Of a stretch of 64,000 nucleotides of DNA, positions 38,401-46,958 are shown piece after piece. The notes beneath the pieces were generated by a model. The model was not told where the DNA came from and made no database searches. It worked only from the letters and a program-made list of their open reading frames with translations. This DNA comes from Monocercomonoides exilis PA203 (lineage: Eukaryota; Protista; Preaxostyla): contig LSRY02000057.1 in assembly GCA_001643675.2 (NCBI GenBank), forward strand, positions 1 through 64,000, given 5' to 3'. Positions within the stretch are counted from its first letter, which is position 1, and each line of letters opens with the position of its first letter. The translations under genes and the position numbers were made by a program.

Positions 38401-39495
38401 ACTTGATGAAAATGTTATGTCAACATCTTTTGTTGTCCAATCGAAATTATGAACATAAAAATCCGGCCCAAGATTATTTGTTGCCTTGCAGTCATAAAAA
38501 ACATTGTTTTTTATGGTTCCGTATCCAACTTCATTAATGTATATTCCTCCTCCATAATTTGCTGTGCAATTCTCAAACGTACAATTCAAAACAGTCAAAT
38601 TATAATTGATGGTTCCCCAAATTTCTCCATCATAAAATAGACCTCCACCGTTTGTTCCTGTACAATCTTTAAAAATCGTAGAAGTAACATTTGCATTTTT
38701 CCCTGTTATGCTTTGCTTTGCTCGAGAAACATGAAACAACGACGAAGAAGGAGTCGAATGAGAGCAGTCATAAAATTCGCAAAGATCACAGATAAAATCT
38801 TGCGATGGAGAAGTAAAAGAAAGCCCGTGAACAATGCCTCCATAAAATGCATCGTGAACCTGGATGAACGTTGAAGACCTCAGCACCGATGTAAGAATAA
38901 AAGAATGATTTTCCTTTGCTGCAGCTTCATTTCCAGTTTTCACCTTGATTGTAAAATTCGTAAAACAACAAGTTTCGACAATTTCATAATTTCCAATCCC
39001 TGAACACAGTAAAGACGAAGATTTGCTTGATACAACTGTAAAATCAAAGAAGCATGAATTAATAAGTTTAACTCCAGAAGAAGCTTCATTCTGCAAATTT
39101 ACGATAGAAGGCAACTGCCTTTTGCATGTGCAAGTGTCTATCGAAACGTTTGAAAGCAAAACAGATCCTGATGAAGCAAACGGAGTTAATGCTTTCGAAG
39201 AATAAACAAATTTTGTGTTGCAACAAAAAAGCGAAGATGTTCCATCAAGAACAGAAATAGAATGTTGCGATAAGTCAATGAAAGCAATGTCATCAAGTTT
39301 TAAGGATGAGTTTGCCAAAAGAAACAAATAGTTTGAACTTGCGGTATAATTTGGTAATATCTGCTGAAATTGTGTTGAAGTTGAAGTCTTCTTGTTTATA
39401 AATATCTTGTTTATTTCATATATCTCATTTGCGGCTTCAAAAGCCGCAAAAAAGCAAAAAACCAAAAATTCTTTCGTTGTTAAAATATTGATCAT
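29500..39495 (-). CDS. Giant type-I membrane protein (3331 aa): beta-helix/Pmp-like ectodomain, one TM, truncated kinase-like tail
   Basis: Hydrophobic N-terminus; repeated GGA/GGG, FxxN and CG...PC motifs; TM WVIIALVVVGILLFIAALCIIVVVI at ~30900-30985; kinase C-lobe motifs LRWKAPEL and SFTIGMMLWECLTLQIPF. Confidence 0.93.
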   Translation of the reverse strand: MINILTTKEFLVFCFFAAFEAANEIYEINKIFINKKTSTSTQFQQILPNYTASSNYLFLLANSSLKLDDIAFIDLSQHSISVLDGTSSLFCCNTKFVYSSKALTPFASSGSVLLSNVSIDTCTCKRQLPSIVNLQNEASSGVKLINSCFFDFTVVSSKSSSLLCSGIGNYEIVETCCFTNFTIKVKTGNEAAAKENHSFILTSVLRSSTFIQVHDAFYGGIVHGLSFTSPSQDFICDLCEFYDCSHSTPSSSLFHVSRAKQSITGKNANVTSTIFKDCTGTNGGGLFYDGEIWGTINYNLTVLNCTFENCTANYGGGIYINEVGYGTIKNNVFYDCKATNNLGPDFYVHNFDWTTKDVDITFSSSFTYNDGNRVHMDGANYSKLLKMDTYQIVASTGSATVNCGLSTSTACKSVNTAISNRRPNYLKRIKLLNGSYSETDNWIINSTRGKVDAFGESQTKVIFNMNKYTATSMISISGAVNVTISTFTINVNKNSCRIMYGSSGNFNLTMTDITISTPSVWTDEFSYSLFYFSSGTLSFSRVATKNIRLATNCLFQMANGVTKATFSFCNFTNITASKNNSAIFGTGYTPKSLALNNCSISSISSLNSIGTNGGVLSLNADDSQISFSNTTFTSCCVSQSSGRGGALYFSTSGSLSKFTISRCQFSLNQALFGRDVFIFVPSLPNANLDSYYSVAATPTYVPNRTNAWYGRDNATFQGDFDLMPFIFGYSSSIIHASNASRGDGKYCGSTVAHCKSITQAVQRFNGSSHTIKANGTVEVSMSGTDVSNVLVERNESTVNATVTIDRIAGNANSALISSGAFKSQNIVYSTGSVPQGSSVQSLLSGTGGTQTFSNCIFVGSASNALTITLVSISGGSLVLESTSFNASSELSCSCSLFSLQNGIFKFSDSRFANLKFTSSKAGLISQLGSGSSSQQIELSNCGFERISSTKETSSCVVISSSTCIGSFNATSCNFSSSSCPASINGGAISFAVGANKKFEISQCKISSNTASESAGKGGGVFLLLKDISSDYKITECSFVSNKAKYGRDIYIQAPNLNSCVTFEKFGNLLTPTTDVENMMYGCNTSTIDQHVDLIFMMTVHLAIVNVKNADSGHGNDWFRCGNESEPCETFEYGMDKILDTSSDNKGISIVTKAVISKPIDLSSMTILSSSSSTPSILSFNFASTTFDAAIINHDILTFNKIKLYLPSVRNVLKALISTESSLIVNDSNFDSEQLNSSVYLNTIEVKGGTVMLNNCSIGERSFCLESSFIKYAGSSTITLNHTSISTIAFSTTFFSETTGGHSTLSLMNASFTRCSASPQTTMSPIISTHLEGTVNFDECNFSNVGNAECKEGGVINIWLKDTGKISISGCQVGECFCNEATGKGGFLYLSKQQSEGQYDLSVESKYSNNKAHIGKNLFFNFDSLNESVSADKLFLPVSDPAIEGGKAYIGKDTIFNSVNLIVFLVQFVSDKVHVSNTGYDVLRCGSEDFPCHSIWKSMKNVRSDSINKEIIFDTLVEVESYYEFQNLTLSAASPSQGTGITICSDLPSSDKDTAIGIAGNTNFVNITFSLPSEFVGRQSSVIKCAASEGVLQLSSCNFAKQSNFLSSIGYSLVSATNGKLLFHGCTVESLLFSASPIEILQSVTTTFEQVQFLSVTLQTASLLTAAEVSAQSEQSNNAATSEFIFRNCSFDRIVAKEGTSKSVIITDPLSSSLSFINCSITSLTALESNEGGGMKIKFKAGGSLSVKGDAVSGTSIVSSCSCSPASGKGGFCFIDSIGADADFVFEKIKFSDNVASMGKNVFFSCADLSSSVKLEQFLINLDEWTSDTNAFSGMDTAYFTTKSVDLLAFIVEYNSEKIVVSSSFGADVKGCGKETLPCSSFSTGLHHIINTTEPDQPVTQLLIENSANVDSCFDVSEREIGSLQNTPAGLFIAASISSLSPPVGSEDCVLFNSKTLKLTLLAFTIPTEFTTSQTVLILSSSGVLFMKNCSMMLNQDTNNAISYCLIEVRSGAFEIKEFYLKDLAFDSKPMQFGATDIDGKIDNCQFEGLTLKYPLFSIPETHSSFSGRELGARSSFSILPNGDCILELISCRMNEIIKENGGSCLLSCETINNVKYKMNGCILNGCESKTSARGGSMLFTLGPGNSDTIMFDINGTSLGKCIASTASGKGGGVYLDCGSIPASGRNEHLSNDNPLGFRFKNVRFSFNNASSGRDVFILCVNIESQVTSDQFLIDFDESVFDSRNAIFGREKSMAASERDRDLIDEIRYFRGEQVLVSSNGENGKRCGNFTGPCKTLDVVVQHVSEGRRRTIFIDAQASMEGETDLSEISVVPLDESCAILMNSTIAKSAEREYAIATKENVQIDNVAFIFGGALKIIHSSLICLLNGKLRMNTCNFVCREIGAQLEGSLIAVVGGTLKITESTFSEFSVVNHIISCESHTSTNLDRVNFEGLRGKCFISCSGSTFSASQLTISTAKAKEAIISCSGNSTIALLQSVFKKIEVEEGSAIHIEDGETLITDNSETEIEKAFSASLCAFTNVSCGGSEGRVISSLKEKSIQFINNTLCLCSCLATKGKQLLALNCKNIEVDACVFDGWEESIVEAKNDGEIDEICRWNGSLVDATNCQATIKETSIANSSVGGISLFGGNLTIEKGEFLNNNKSISAYKSARRNIICSEDGTLNIVSLKGGDGLKDNSSLWILQDKCSLEGIAAERSSPFFIPILESVKVDDLGTDTRLTLKGSLLMPCNLFVRLIYKTNEEYVYEKREIDSNGWISENEAISTIKSTDVSSAAKQTELSVALLFGNLDMPSSTSSKVIKNITKEKGNDRIVEGTNKATPSWVIIALVVVGILLFIAALCIIVVVIRWRKEKRRSNQLEVMVEQTTKENPKEIEMLTYGFGAEEEPCIRCERASGFGKQRNQANKLAKSESQQSLLTDVGSTQEILLDHSDEIPDWALEKVEEESDEDDECIKAGKDSSCRATLSAELKDESSVVTLMNIEQMVPTTSSMSSLVDGMACESPHEKMIVDLRDSLFMLLHGKNEKKEMAIGTMEQREMTAAQILFWVANGALHSFEQDRELSPCLDSLSPHIVLFSEHMIVVIALNSGFSSEDSDDSSSVDSSTADSSSSISDCEGNKRSGKRKKNEKTKSSAFEDETIDNESLRWKAPELQWNMKGGATNKSVSFTIGMMLWECLTLQIPFAKYDAETAGAKIKNGERVDYGLLSSSSFDDLVKSCLSSNTEERLSLASLKREFIQHFPPGAVQLTISDAIDIDEVSEYDRDGELVTRTGSTRSESDESSQGYTAKTPDASTTTTVSGIELVPYEQSENSSSIK

Positions 39496-40362
39496 AAAAC
39501 TATAACTTTAAATTGTTATAAAAAAATATTTGTTTTTATTTCCAGTTTATGTTATAATCAAAAAATGGTTGTTAAAAACGCCAACCAAGAATAATATATG
39601 ATGAAAAAATAACCTTGTTCAGGAAAATGACCATATTGAGAATATACATAATGCATTAAATAAGACAGTGAGAAAATTCTTTTATACGGACTGACAGCAA
39701 AGAACATGAAATTTTTTTCATGCACTGAACCTGTTGCTTCATTTATTCATTTGAATAACAAAGAAAAGCAAAGCAATTTACAAATGATTTTCTCGAATAA
39801 ATCACAAAAAATAAATATTTACATTTGTTTGTTAAAAATTCAATCAAATTAATCTCTTTCTCAAAATTTGATTGATTTCTCCAACCTTGGTTTTATTCCA
39901 ACAGCTTCAATACACAACGCTTTTTTCATGAAAAGTCACATGATGTCATTAATTATAAACTTTCAGTCTTCTTTTTTTTCGAAATTTAAAATTAGGTTCA
40001 TGAATCGTTTTGGCTTCATATTATTCTCATCCAATAGATAATCATCAAGCTTTTAAACAGCAATAATCAAAACAAACATACTGATTTAAAAATTGATCGA
40101 TGTCCATAATCACAAAAACAAGTTTATAATCATATTTTTTTCGGAACGGTAACAAAAAAGAAAGCATATTCAAGTTGCAATCACATTTCAGTAGAGATGT
40201 ATGTATTATTTCTCAACACTTGTTTATCCTAAATTTTCTTGAAATTTTTGTTTTTCCAAAAAATAAAAAATAAACAACTTATTTAAATACACGTTGATAA
40301 AAAATCAATTGCTTATGTTTTTAGAAACAAACTTTCTATTTAACTTTTGTTAAACTGTTTCA

Positions 40363-43300
40363 ATGAATCAAAAGCCTATCTCATCAACTTCTGCTTCAGA
40401 ACAACAAATTAATCAATTATCTGTTCTTCATCGGCCTTCACCCCATCGTCCAATAAATAGTTTTGAAACGATCGAAAATTCAATCAAACTCAACAAATCT
40501 ACGAATAATTCTTCATCATTACAACGATCAAAGCATGTGGCGAATGACAATCCTGAACAGGAAAACTTCAAAAATGAAGAGAAAGAAAAGAAAAGTGAAA
40601 AAGAGCTCGCAAATGCATTGAACTCATTTCTTTCAATTCCTTCAAAACGAATTACACGCAATCATTTTGAATCTCATAAATCATCCGAGAGAGCCTACAA
40701 TTCTTCTGTAAAGAACGATGTTATCAGGCAACCATCGGATGCAAACTTGCATAAACGCAAAAAATCGAAAAGTAAAGATATACTTGATGGAGTATCTCCG
40801 CATTTACAAGCCAGTAGCACGTTCTCAAATCCTTCGGTAATATCTCAGGACAGCTTAACTGCGAAAGAAAATTCCAGAACAGAAAGTAATGACGAAAAAT
40901 CAAAACAAAAATTTGAGAGCAAAGACGATGATCTTATGCAGAATCCTGCTGTACTTCGGCTACTGCGGCACCAGAGGGAGAAAGACGCCCTTCTTCGGGT
41001 GATTGATCTGACAGAGATGGATCGCGATGAAGTTTTGGCGCAGCTTGAGAACGAACGAAAAAAAGCAGAACTTCTCCAAGACGAGCTCAACAAAGAAAGA
41101 GAAATGAGAAAAGAAGCCGAGCGGAAAGCGACTCTTCACACAAGCGCGGCAGACGAGGAGCAGATGCACTTGGCAGCCAACAGCTCTGCGGAAGATGGCG
41201 AGAAAGGAAAAGGACCGAATGTCGTGGCAGCATCGTCTGCTGCACACAAAAAGCGAAAGAAAAAAAAGAGCAAGGCGAATCGTTCCAGCAGCTCCCCTTC
41301 GCTTTGCTCGCACACTTTTTCTGCTTCTTCTCCGGCTGACGAAACCAACCAGCTGATGTCTTCGATGCTTCAGCAGGCAATTGAGGCATTTTGCGAAGAC
41401 AGCTTACCTCTGCTTTCTGCAGCCAGCGCACCTCAATCTGTTTCTTCTTCTTCTTCTTCTTCGCAGGAAGACAACAACACGCCTCAAAAAAGCGAGCAGC
41501 AGAGCAACCTTCTTGGTGCTTCTGAGCCTCGTCCGACATCTGCCAAGCCAAAAGAGACGAACCAGCGTCTGCATCCTCCATTGCACTCACCAGATGAGCT
41601 GAAGGAGCAGCCGAAGGAGCAGAACAGCACAGCCGAGGGAGTCAACCCTTCGCCTTCTTCAACCATCCGCACTTCATCCAGCAGCCACAATTCTTCTCTC
41701 TCTTCTCATCCTCTTTCGGCACAAACTGTCTCTTCTTCAAATTCTTCTTCTTCTTCTTCTTCCTTCCCTCCCTTTTCCTCCTCCGAAGCACACTCCAGAG
41801 ACTTCTCTTCCTCTCTCCAGCTGCCTCGCACCTCCATCACACCCTCTCCGTCACACACTGCACAAAGCCCTTCTCTTTCTGCTCTTCCACCACATCACCC
41901 GTCCAGCGCTGCCACTTCTCCTTCTCTTCTTCAAACACCTTCTGCCTCTCTGAAAGACAGACTCCGAACTTTGCTCCCTCCACGCGTCCGCTCCACGCCT
42001 TTGTCTGTGCCACACCAGGAATCACCTTCTCTTATTCCATCTTCTGCTTCTGCATCTGCCTCATCATCATCTTCTTCTTCTTCTTCTTCTCCTCCTCCTC
42101 CTCCTGAGCAATTAGAAGATCATTCATCATCAAATGCTTTAGCCGAAGCTAATAAACAAAGTATTCCATTTGGAAAGGACACAAAAACCATCAATCAGAA
42201 TTCTCCTGTTTCTGACAGCACAAATCTCAATGAAAATCATCCTCCAATTCGAAATTCATCACACGCCGAAGCAACACTTGCATCACTCGAATCATCTCCA
42301 TTCAAACATTCAGCAGCTCTTCTTCTGTCAGCTGCACCAGCACGCGATTCAACTCCATTCGCATCGACAAAAGCTCTTCTTTCATCACTTGTTTCGCCTT
42401 CTGCCTCGAATGAACAGCCTCACAACACATCAGCCACTCCACCAGCAGCCAAACAAGACTCATCTGCCGGCAAACGAACAGCATCTGAAAGAAGAGCCCT
42501 CCGACGAGCAGAGCAGGCCACGCTTCAGGCGTCGCTTCAGACATCTTCTGAGTCAACTTCACACAATCAGCACTCGCCGCCTCTCTCTTCTGCTCAGAGG
42601 GATCCGCGTGTGATTGCACTGCAGACGGAAATGGCGAAGCTGAAGCAGAGATTGACTGGAGTATCTGCGATGAATGATGGAGGTGATGGAAAAGATGAGG
42701 TGAAGGCAGAGAAAGACGAAGAAAAAGAAGAAGAAGGAACAAGAATGAAAGCATTTGGAGATGGTTCTGCGAGAAAAGAACAGGAAAATGAATATTCTGT
42801 GAAAGATGGAGAAGACGAAATGTTTGCTTCTTACAAACAGAAAGAAGCAGATATTCCAAAAATCAGCAATTCTGTTGAAGAAAAAGGCAATGAAGATGAT
42901 GAGGATGAAGAAGATGAAGAAAAAGAAAAAGAGAAAGAGAAGAATTCGATGAGGCTGAAGGAGTCTGTTCGGCAGATTGAATTCTGGTGGAAGTCGAGAA
43001 TGGACATCAAAGCAGCACAAAACGAGCTTTCGCAGCTTCGCTCAGAAAGACGGGCATCTGACGAATTCTCTCAGAAAGAAGGAGAAAGAGAAAGAGAAGA
43101 AGAAGGAGAAGGAGAAATAAAAGATAAGAATACTTCATCTGCAATGAATGCTGATTTGAACAGGGAAGAAGATGAAAGCAAGCATTTTCATTCAGATCAC
43201 AGCTCATCTGCTGCCTCTCCTTCACACTCAGATCATCAGATGATGCAACAAATACAGATGAAGGAGCAGAAAGAGGTGAAAGAGATGAAAGAGCAGACAT

Positions 43301-46300
43301 CTTCTGTTCCTTGTTCTCCTGTCTCTCTCCACTCACACACATCCTCCATCGCCACTCCTCCCATCCAGCGCTTCAGCCAGCAAGCTCTTTCTCTCTCTCC
43401 AACATCATCTGAATCTGCATCCCATCCTCTCCTCTCCTCTGCCTCTTCCTTCTCCTTCTATCGCTCTCTTCAGCAAGCAGACAGCGAAGACACAACATCC
43501 ACTCACCCTTCTGCTTCTTCTTCTTCTGCTGCTGCTGCCCCTCTCCCAATCACCTCGCCTCGCATCTCTTCTCCTCCGCCTCGCAAACACTCCACTCAAA
43601 AGGACAGCCCTTCGCCCACGCCAACCATCTGCACCACACTTTCTGTCCCGCTCAGTGCCACTCACTCGCCTTCTCTGCAGGCTTTGTCCCCTTTTTCTCC
43701 TTCTCTCTCATCGCACCACTCATTCATCCCCTCGACACCCACACGCACCTCTTCCTTCTCTTCTCCCTCATCGCCACTGGGGAGACAGCTCGAACAAGGC
43801 AACATCCGCAGCGACAGAACAGCTGTGCTTCCTGTTCAGCTGCCGAAGCTCTCCCACAAACATCAAAACTCCTCTGCCTCTCTCTCCTTCGCACTCTCTG
43901 CCACTCCACCTCTTTCACTGCCTCCTCTTGCCCACACACATTCTGCCTCTTCCCTCCAAAACCAGCCGCCTTTCGCAAAACAACCGCCTGTCGCTGCTGT
44001 TCTCTCAAATCTGCGCCGTTTTGCTGACAAAACGCCTCCTCCTTCGCTGCAGTTTGTGTTTGAAGATGGAACAGTCTCAAATTCGCCCATTCCGTCTGCC
44101 CTCCTGACGACATCAGGGATGCTTCTGCAGTCGCCCAACCAGCAGAGGCGAATGGCGCTGTCGATGAGAGAAGACAAGAAGAAGATGAAGATGAAGAAGA
44201 ATAACATCAGTTCCAAAGAGAATGACGATGATAAAGAGAATGAGGGACAGAATGTGTCAGAAAGAGTGTTGAGTCAAGAGACTTCTGCAAACAGAGCAGA
44301 GAAAAGTGCATCTGCTTCATCGGATGGGCTGAATGGCTATCAAAACCCGCCAACCATTCAGAGTTTGTGGCCACTCAAACAGCAACAACATTCACATAGA
44401 ATTCCATTGAATTTGCAGACTCAGCGAAAAAGTGAGTCAGAAATGAGACATTTTCAAGAAGAAGAGGATGCTCTTTCATACAGCAGCGATGAAGAGAAAG
44501 GAATGGAAGAAGAAAAAGAAAAAGAAAAAGAACGAAAAGATGAAGAATATGAAGAAGAAGATGATGATGATGATTCGGTTTATAAACATTCAAAAGAAGA
44601 CGATGTGCAAACACACAGAAGAACGAAGAGCAATGGCAGTGTTTCTTTTGCCACGCAAAGTTCAATCAGAAAAGGAACAAGGAACGAAAACAGAAGAGAA
44701 GAGAAAAAGAATAAAGAGAATAAATCAAACAAGCAAAAAGGTGGATTGATGAAAGAAGAAGAAGAAGAAGAAGAAGAAGATTATTTGACAGCAAATGATG
44801 TTAAAGAAAAGCAAAAAGAATTGTTAGCTTCTGTTTCCAAGCAGATTGAGAAGAGAAGAGAAGAAGCGGCAAATGTTAGCAATAGATTTGCTTCTTTGAA
44901 AGAAAGAAATCAAAATAAAGTGAATAACTTTGGAATATCAGATGAAGAAGAGGAAGGTGACACAGAAGATGAAGATGATGATGAATATAATGAAGATGAT
45001 GATGGAGAAGAAGCAGAAGAAGAGAGAAGGAAAGAAGAGAGTTCAAAAAGGAAGAGCGAAAATGCCATTTTGAAACATCCGATTGAAATGAATGAAACAT
45101 TCAAAAATGGCAAAGAAGCAACAAATCGAATGGATGAAGAAGAGGAAGAAGATGATGAAGATGACGATAATGAGGAAGAAGAAACAGAAGAAGAAGAAAA
45201 AGAGGAATACAAAGTGAATCAAACAGATAAACTCAAGAATCTGTCAATTGATCATCCAATGACTGAAAACAGAAGAAAAACTTCTCCATCACATTTGCAG
45301 CCAACATCGCCAGATGCATTCGAGGCAATTCAAACGCCTTCTCCCACGTCTTCTCTTTCGTCTTCGTCGCCTTCTCTTCCTCCTTTTGCCTCGTCTGCTT
45401 CTGCACAGCACGATCAACAAGAGCCATCGACTTCAAGTTATTCTGCTCCAAAACAAGACATTTATCAGTCACAAACAATTGCATCAAAAGAGACTTCTCC
45501 TTTTTCTTCTTCCTCTTCCTCTTCTTCTTCCACTTCACCATCCACTTCATCTTCCTCCTCTTCTTCCTCCTCTTCTTCTCCTCTTTCATCCACATCTGCA
45601 TCCACATCCTCAACACGGCAGACACCTTCCACACGGCGATTGAGTCGCTATGAAGCATTGAAAGGGAAGACGATGGAGCTGAGCCAGCGGCTGAAGGCAA
45701 TCGGCGGAGAAAAAAGGCAGCCAAAGAAAGAAGCAGAATACTCAAAAGAACAAAACTCAGACAACTTGATGAATTCACAGCAACATCAGCAGCTTCACAA
45801 TTTGGATAGAAGTCAAAAAAACAGATTGGAAGCAACAGGAAATGGAGGTGTGAGTGGAAAGGGAGCAGCACCTTACAGCAACGCCAGCTGGATGGAGGCA
45901 CTGGAGAAGATGCTGTCGGAGAAGGAGCAGAAAAGAGAGAGCCAAGCCGATTTGAAGAGACGCGAAGAAAAACAGCAGGAGAAAAAGGAGAAGGCAGTTG
46001 CTTCTGCATCTTCTTCAAATGTTCATTCGGAGCATTCACATTCATCACAGCCAGCTGGCTCCTTCATTGGCAATCTTCTATCTGTCTCACAGAAAGAAGC
46101 AGCACCTCGTTCGAATTCGTCGTCTCTTGACACTCTTCTCAAAAGACACAATCCAGTTGCTGTTGCCAAACCTGCTGACAACACACAAAATATTCCTTCT
46201 TCTTCTCTGAATAATTCTGAAGAAGATGCTTCTTATTCTGATGACCACAAGAGCACTGCTGTTCAGTCAAAGGAAGATGCAGCTGAAATGAAAGAGAAAG

Positions 46301-46800
46301 AATTCGATGGAAACATCAAAAAAGAATCAGATGAAAAGAAATGTGATGATGATGCACATGATGTTTCATCTAAGGCTGTTTTGACTTCTTCTTTCTCTGA
46401 TCCCTTCCTCCTGCGCTCGCCTGCCCATCTCTCGTCCTCCTTTTCTGCTCCTCTGTCTCCATTCACTCTGGACGGGGCACACTCTTCTCTGCCTTCTCTG
46501 CCTTCTTCAATGACACTCAGAGAGAAACAGGAAACTCAAACACGATTAGCCCCTCAAACAACTGCTGCTGCCTCTCCTCCTCGTTTGTCACATTCAATGG
46601 CACCCCTTTCACAGCAAACTCCTTCCCATCTTCATTCTCTTCTTGCAGCACGCACTTCAACTACGTCTGCTCATTCAATGATGCCTGAGACTGACAACAG
46701 ATTGAATAAATTAATGAACCATTTCGGTCCTGCAAAAGCTAGAACACTTAATCCACCAATCTCTTCTGTTTTAACAACTAAGCAATTTGCACATGCTTAA
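40363..46800 (+). CDS. 2145-aa low-complexity (Ser/Pro- and Glu/Lys-rich) protein with coiled coils and a possible IQ-like motif
   Basis: Single long ORF; coiled-coil segments; SVRQIEFWWKSRMDIK is IQ-like. Confidence 0.88.
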   Translation: MNQKPISSTSASEQQINQLSVLHRPSPHRPINSFETIENSIKLNKSTNNSSSLQRSKHVANDNPEQENFKNEEKEKKSEKELANALNSFLSIPSKRITRNHFESHKSSERAYNSSVKNDVIRQPSDANLHKRKKSKSKDILDGVSPHLQASSTFSNPSVISQDSLTAKENSRTESNDEKSKQKFESKDDDLMQNPAVLRLLRHQREKDALLRVIDLTEMDRDEVLAQLENERKKAELLQDELNKEREMRKEAERKATLHTSAADEEQMHLAANSSAEDGEKGKGPNVVAASSAAHKKRKKKKSKANRSSSSPSLCSHTFSASSPADETNQLMSSMLQQAIEAFCEDSLPLLSAASAPQSVSSSSSSSQEDNNTPQKSEQQSNLLGASEPRPTSAKPKETNQRLHPPLHSPDELKEQPKEQNSTAEGVNPSPSSTIRTSSSSHNSSLSSHPLSAQTVSSSNSSSSSSSFPPFSSSEAHSRDFSSSLQLPRTSITPSPSHTAQSPSLSALPPHHPSSAATSPSLLQTPSASLKDRLRTLLPPRVRSTPLSVPHQESPSLIPSSASASASSSSSSSSSSPPPPPEQLEDHSSSNALAEANKQSIPFGKDTKTINQNSPVSDSTNLNENHPPIRNSSHAEATLASLESSPFKHSAALLLSAAPARDSTPFASTKALLSSLVSPSASNEQPHNTSATPPAAKQDSSAGKRTASERRALRRAEQATLQASLQTSSESTSHNQHSPPLSSAQRDPRVIALQTEMAKLKQRLTGVSAMNDGGDGKDEVKAEKDEEKEEEGTRMKAFGDGSARKEQENEYSVKDGEDEMFASYKQKEADIPKISNSVEEKGNEDDEDEEDEEKEKEKEKNSMRLKESVRQIEFWWKSRMDIKAAQNELSQLRSERRASDEFSQKEGEREREEEGEGEIKDKNTSSAMNADLNREEDESKHFHSDHSSSAASPSHSDHQMMQQIQMKEQKEVKEMKEQTSSVPCSPVSLHSHTSSIATPPIQRFSQQALSLSPTSSESASHPLLSSASSFSFYRSLQQADSEDTTSTHPSASSSSAAAAPLPITSPRISSPPPRKHSTQKDSPSPTPTICTTLSVPLSATHSPSLQALSPFSPSLSSHHSFIPSTPTRTSSFSSPSSPLGRQLEQGNIRSDRTAVLPVQLPKLSHKHQNSSASLSFALSATPPLSLPPLAHTHSASSLQNQPPFAKQPPVAAVLSNLRRFADKTPPPSLQFVFEDGTVSNSPIPSALLTTSGMLLQSPNQQRRMALSMREDKKKMKMKKNNISSKENDDDKENEGQNVSERVLSQETSANRAEKSASASSDGLNGYQNPPTIQSLWPLKQQQHSHRIPLNLQTQRKSESEMRHFQEEEDALSYSSDEEKGMEEEKEKEKERKDEEYEEEDDDDDSVYKHSKEDDVQTHRRTKSNGSVSFATQSSIRKGTRNENRREEKKNKENKSNKQKGGLMKEEEEEEEEDYLTANDVKEKQKELLASVSKQIEKRREEAANVSNRFASLKERNQNKVNNFGISDEEEEGDTEDEDDDEYNEDDDGEEAEEERRKEESSKRKSENAILKHPIEMNETFKNGKEATNRMDEEEEEDDEDDDNEEEETEEEEKEEYKVNQTDKLKNLSIDHPMTENRRKTSPSHLQPTSPDAFEAIQTPSPTSSLSSSSPSLPPFASSASAQHDQQEPSTSSYSAPKQDIYQSQTIASKETSPFSSSSSSSSSTSPSTSSSSSSSSSSSPLSSTSASTSSTRQTPSTRRLSRYEALKGKTMELSQRLKAIGGEKRQPKKEAEYSKEQNSDNLMNSQQHQQLHNLDRSQKNRLEATGNGGVSGKGAAPYSNASWMEALEKMLSEKEQKRESQADLKRREEKQQEKKEKAVASASSSNVHSEHSHSSQPAGSFIGNLLSVSQKEAAPRSNSSSLDTLLKRHNPVAVAKPADNTQNIPSSSLNNSEEDASYSDDHKSTAVQSKEDAAEMKEKEFDGNIKKESDEKKCDDDAHDVSSKAVLTSSFSDPFLLRSPAHLSSSFSAPLSPFTLDGAHSSLPSLPSSMTLREKQETQTRLAPQTTAAASPPRLSHSMAPLSQQTPSHLHSLLAARTSTTSAHSMMPETDNRLNKLMNHFGPAKARTLNPPISSVLTTKQFAHA

Positions 46801-46958
46801 TGAAAAGGAAAAAAAATCATTCATAACAATTTATTTGTTTACTATTATAAGTGTGGTTTTAAAATAGTTGTGAAATATTTTATTTTTCTATTTTATTGTG
46901 AAAATGATTGATCAACAAATCCATATTTACTTTTATCAATTTTTATTTGACAATTCAG

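Noticed and set aside
29766-46466. Many short ORFs antisense to or overlapping the two giant genes
   Set aside because: Shadow ORFs caused by codon bias and low-complexity sequence.
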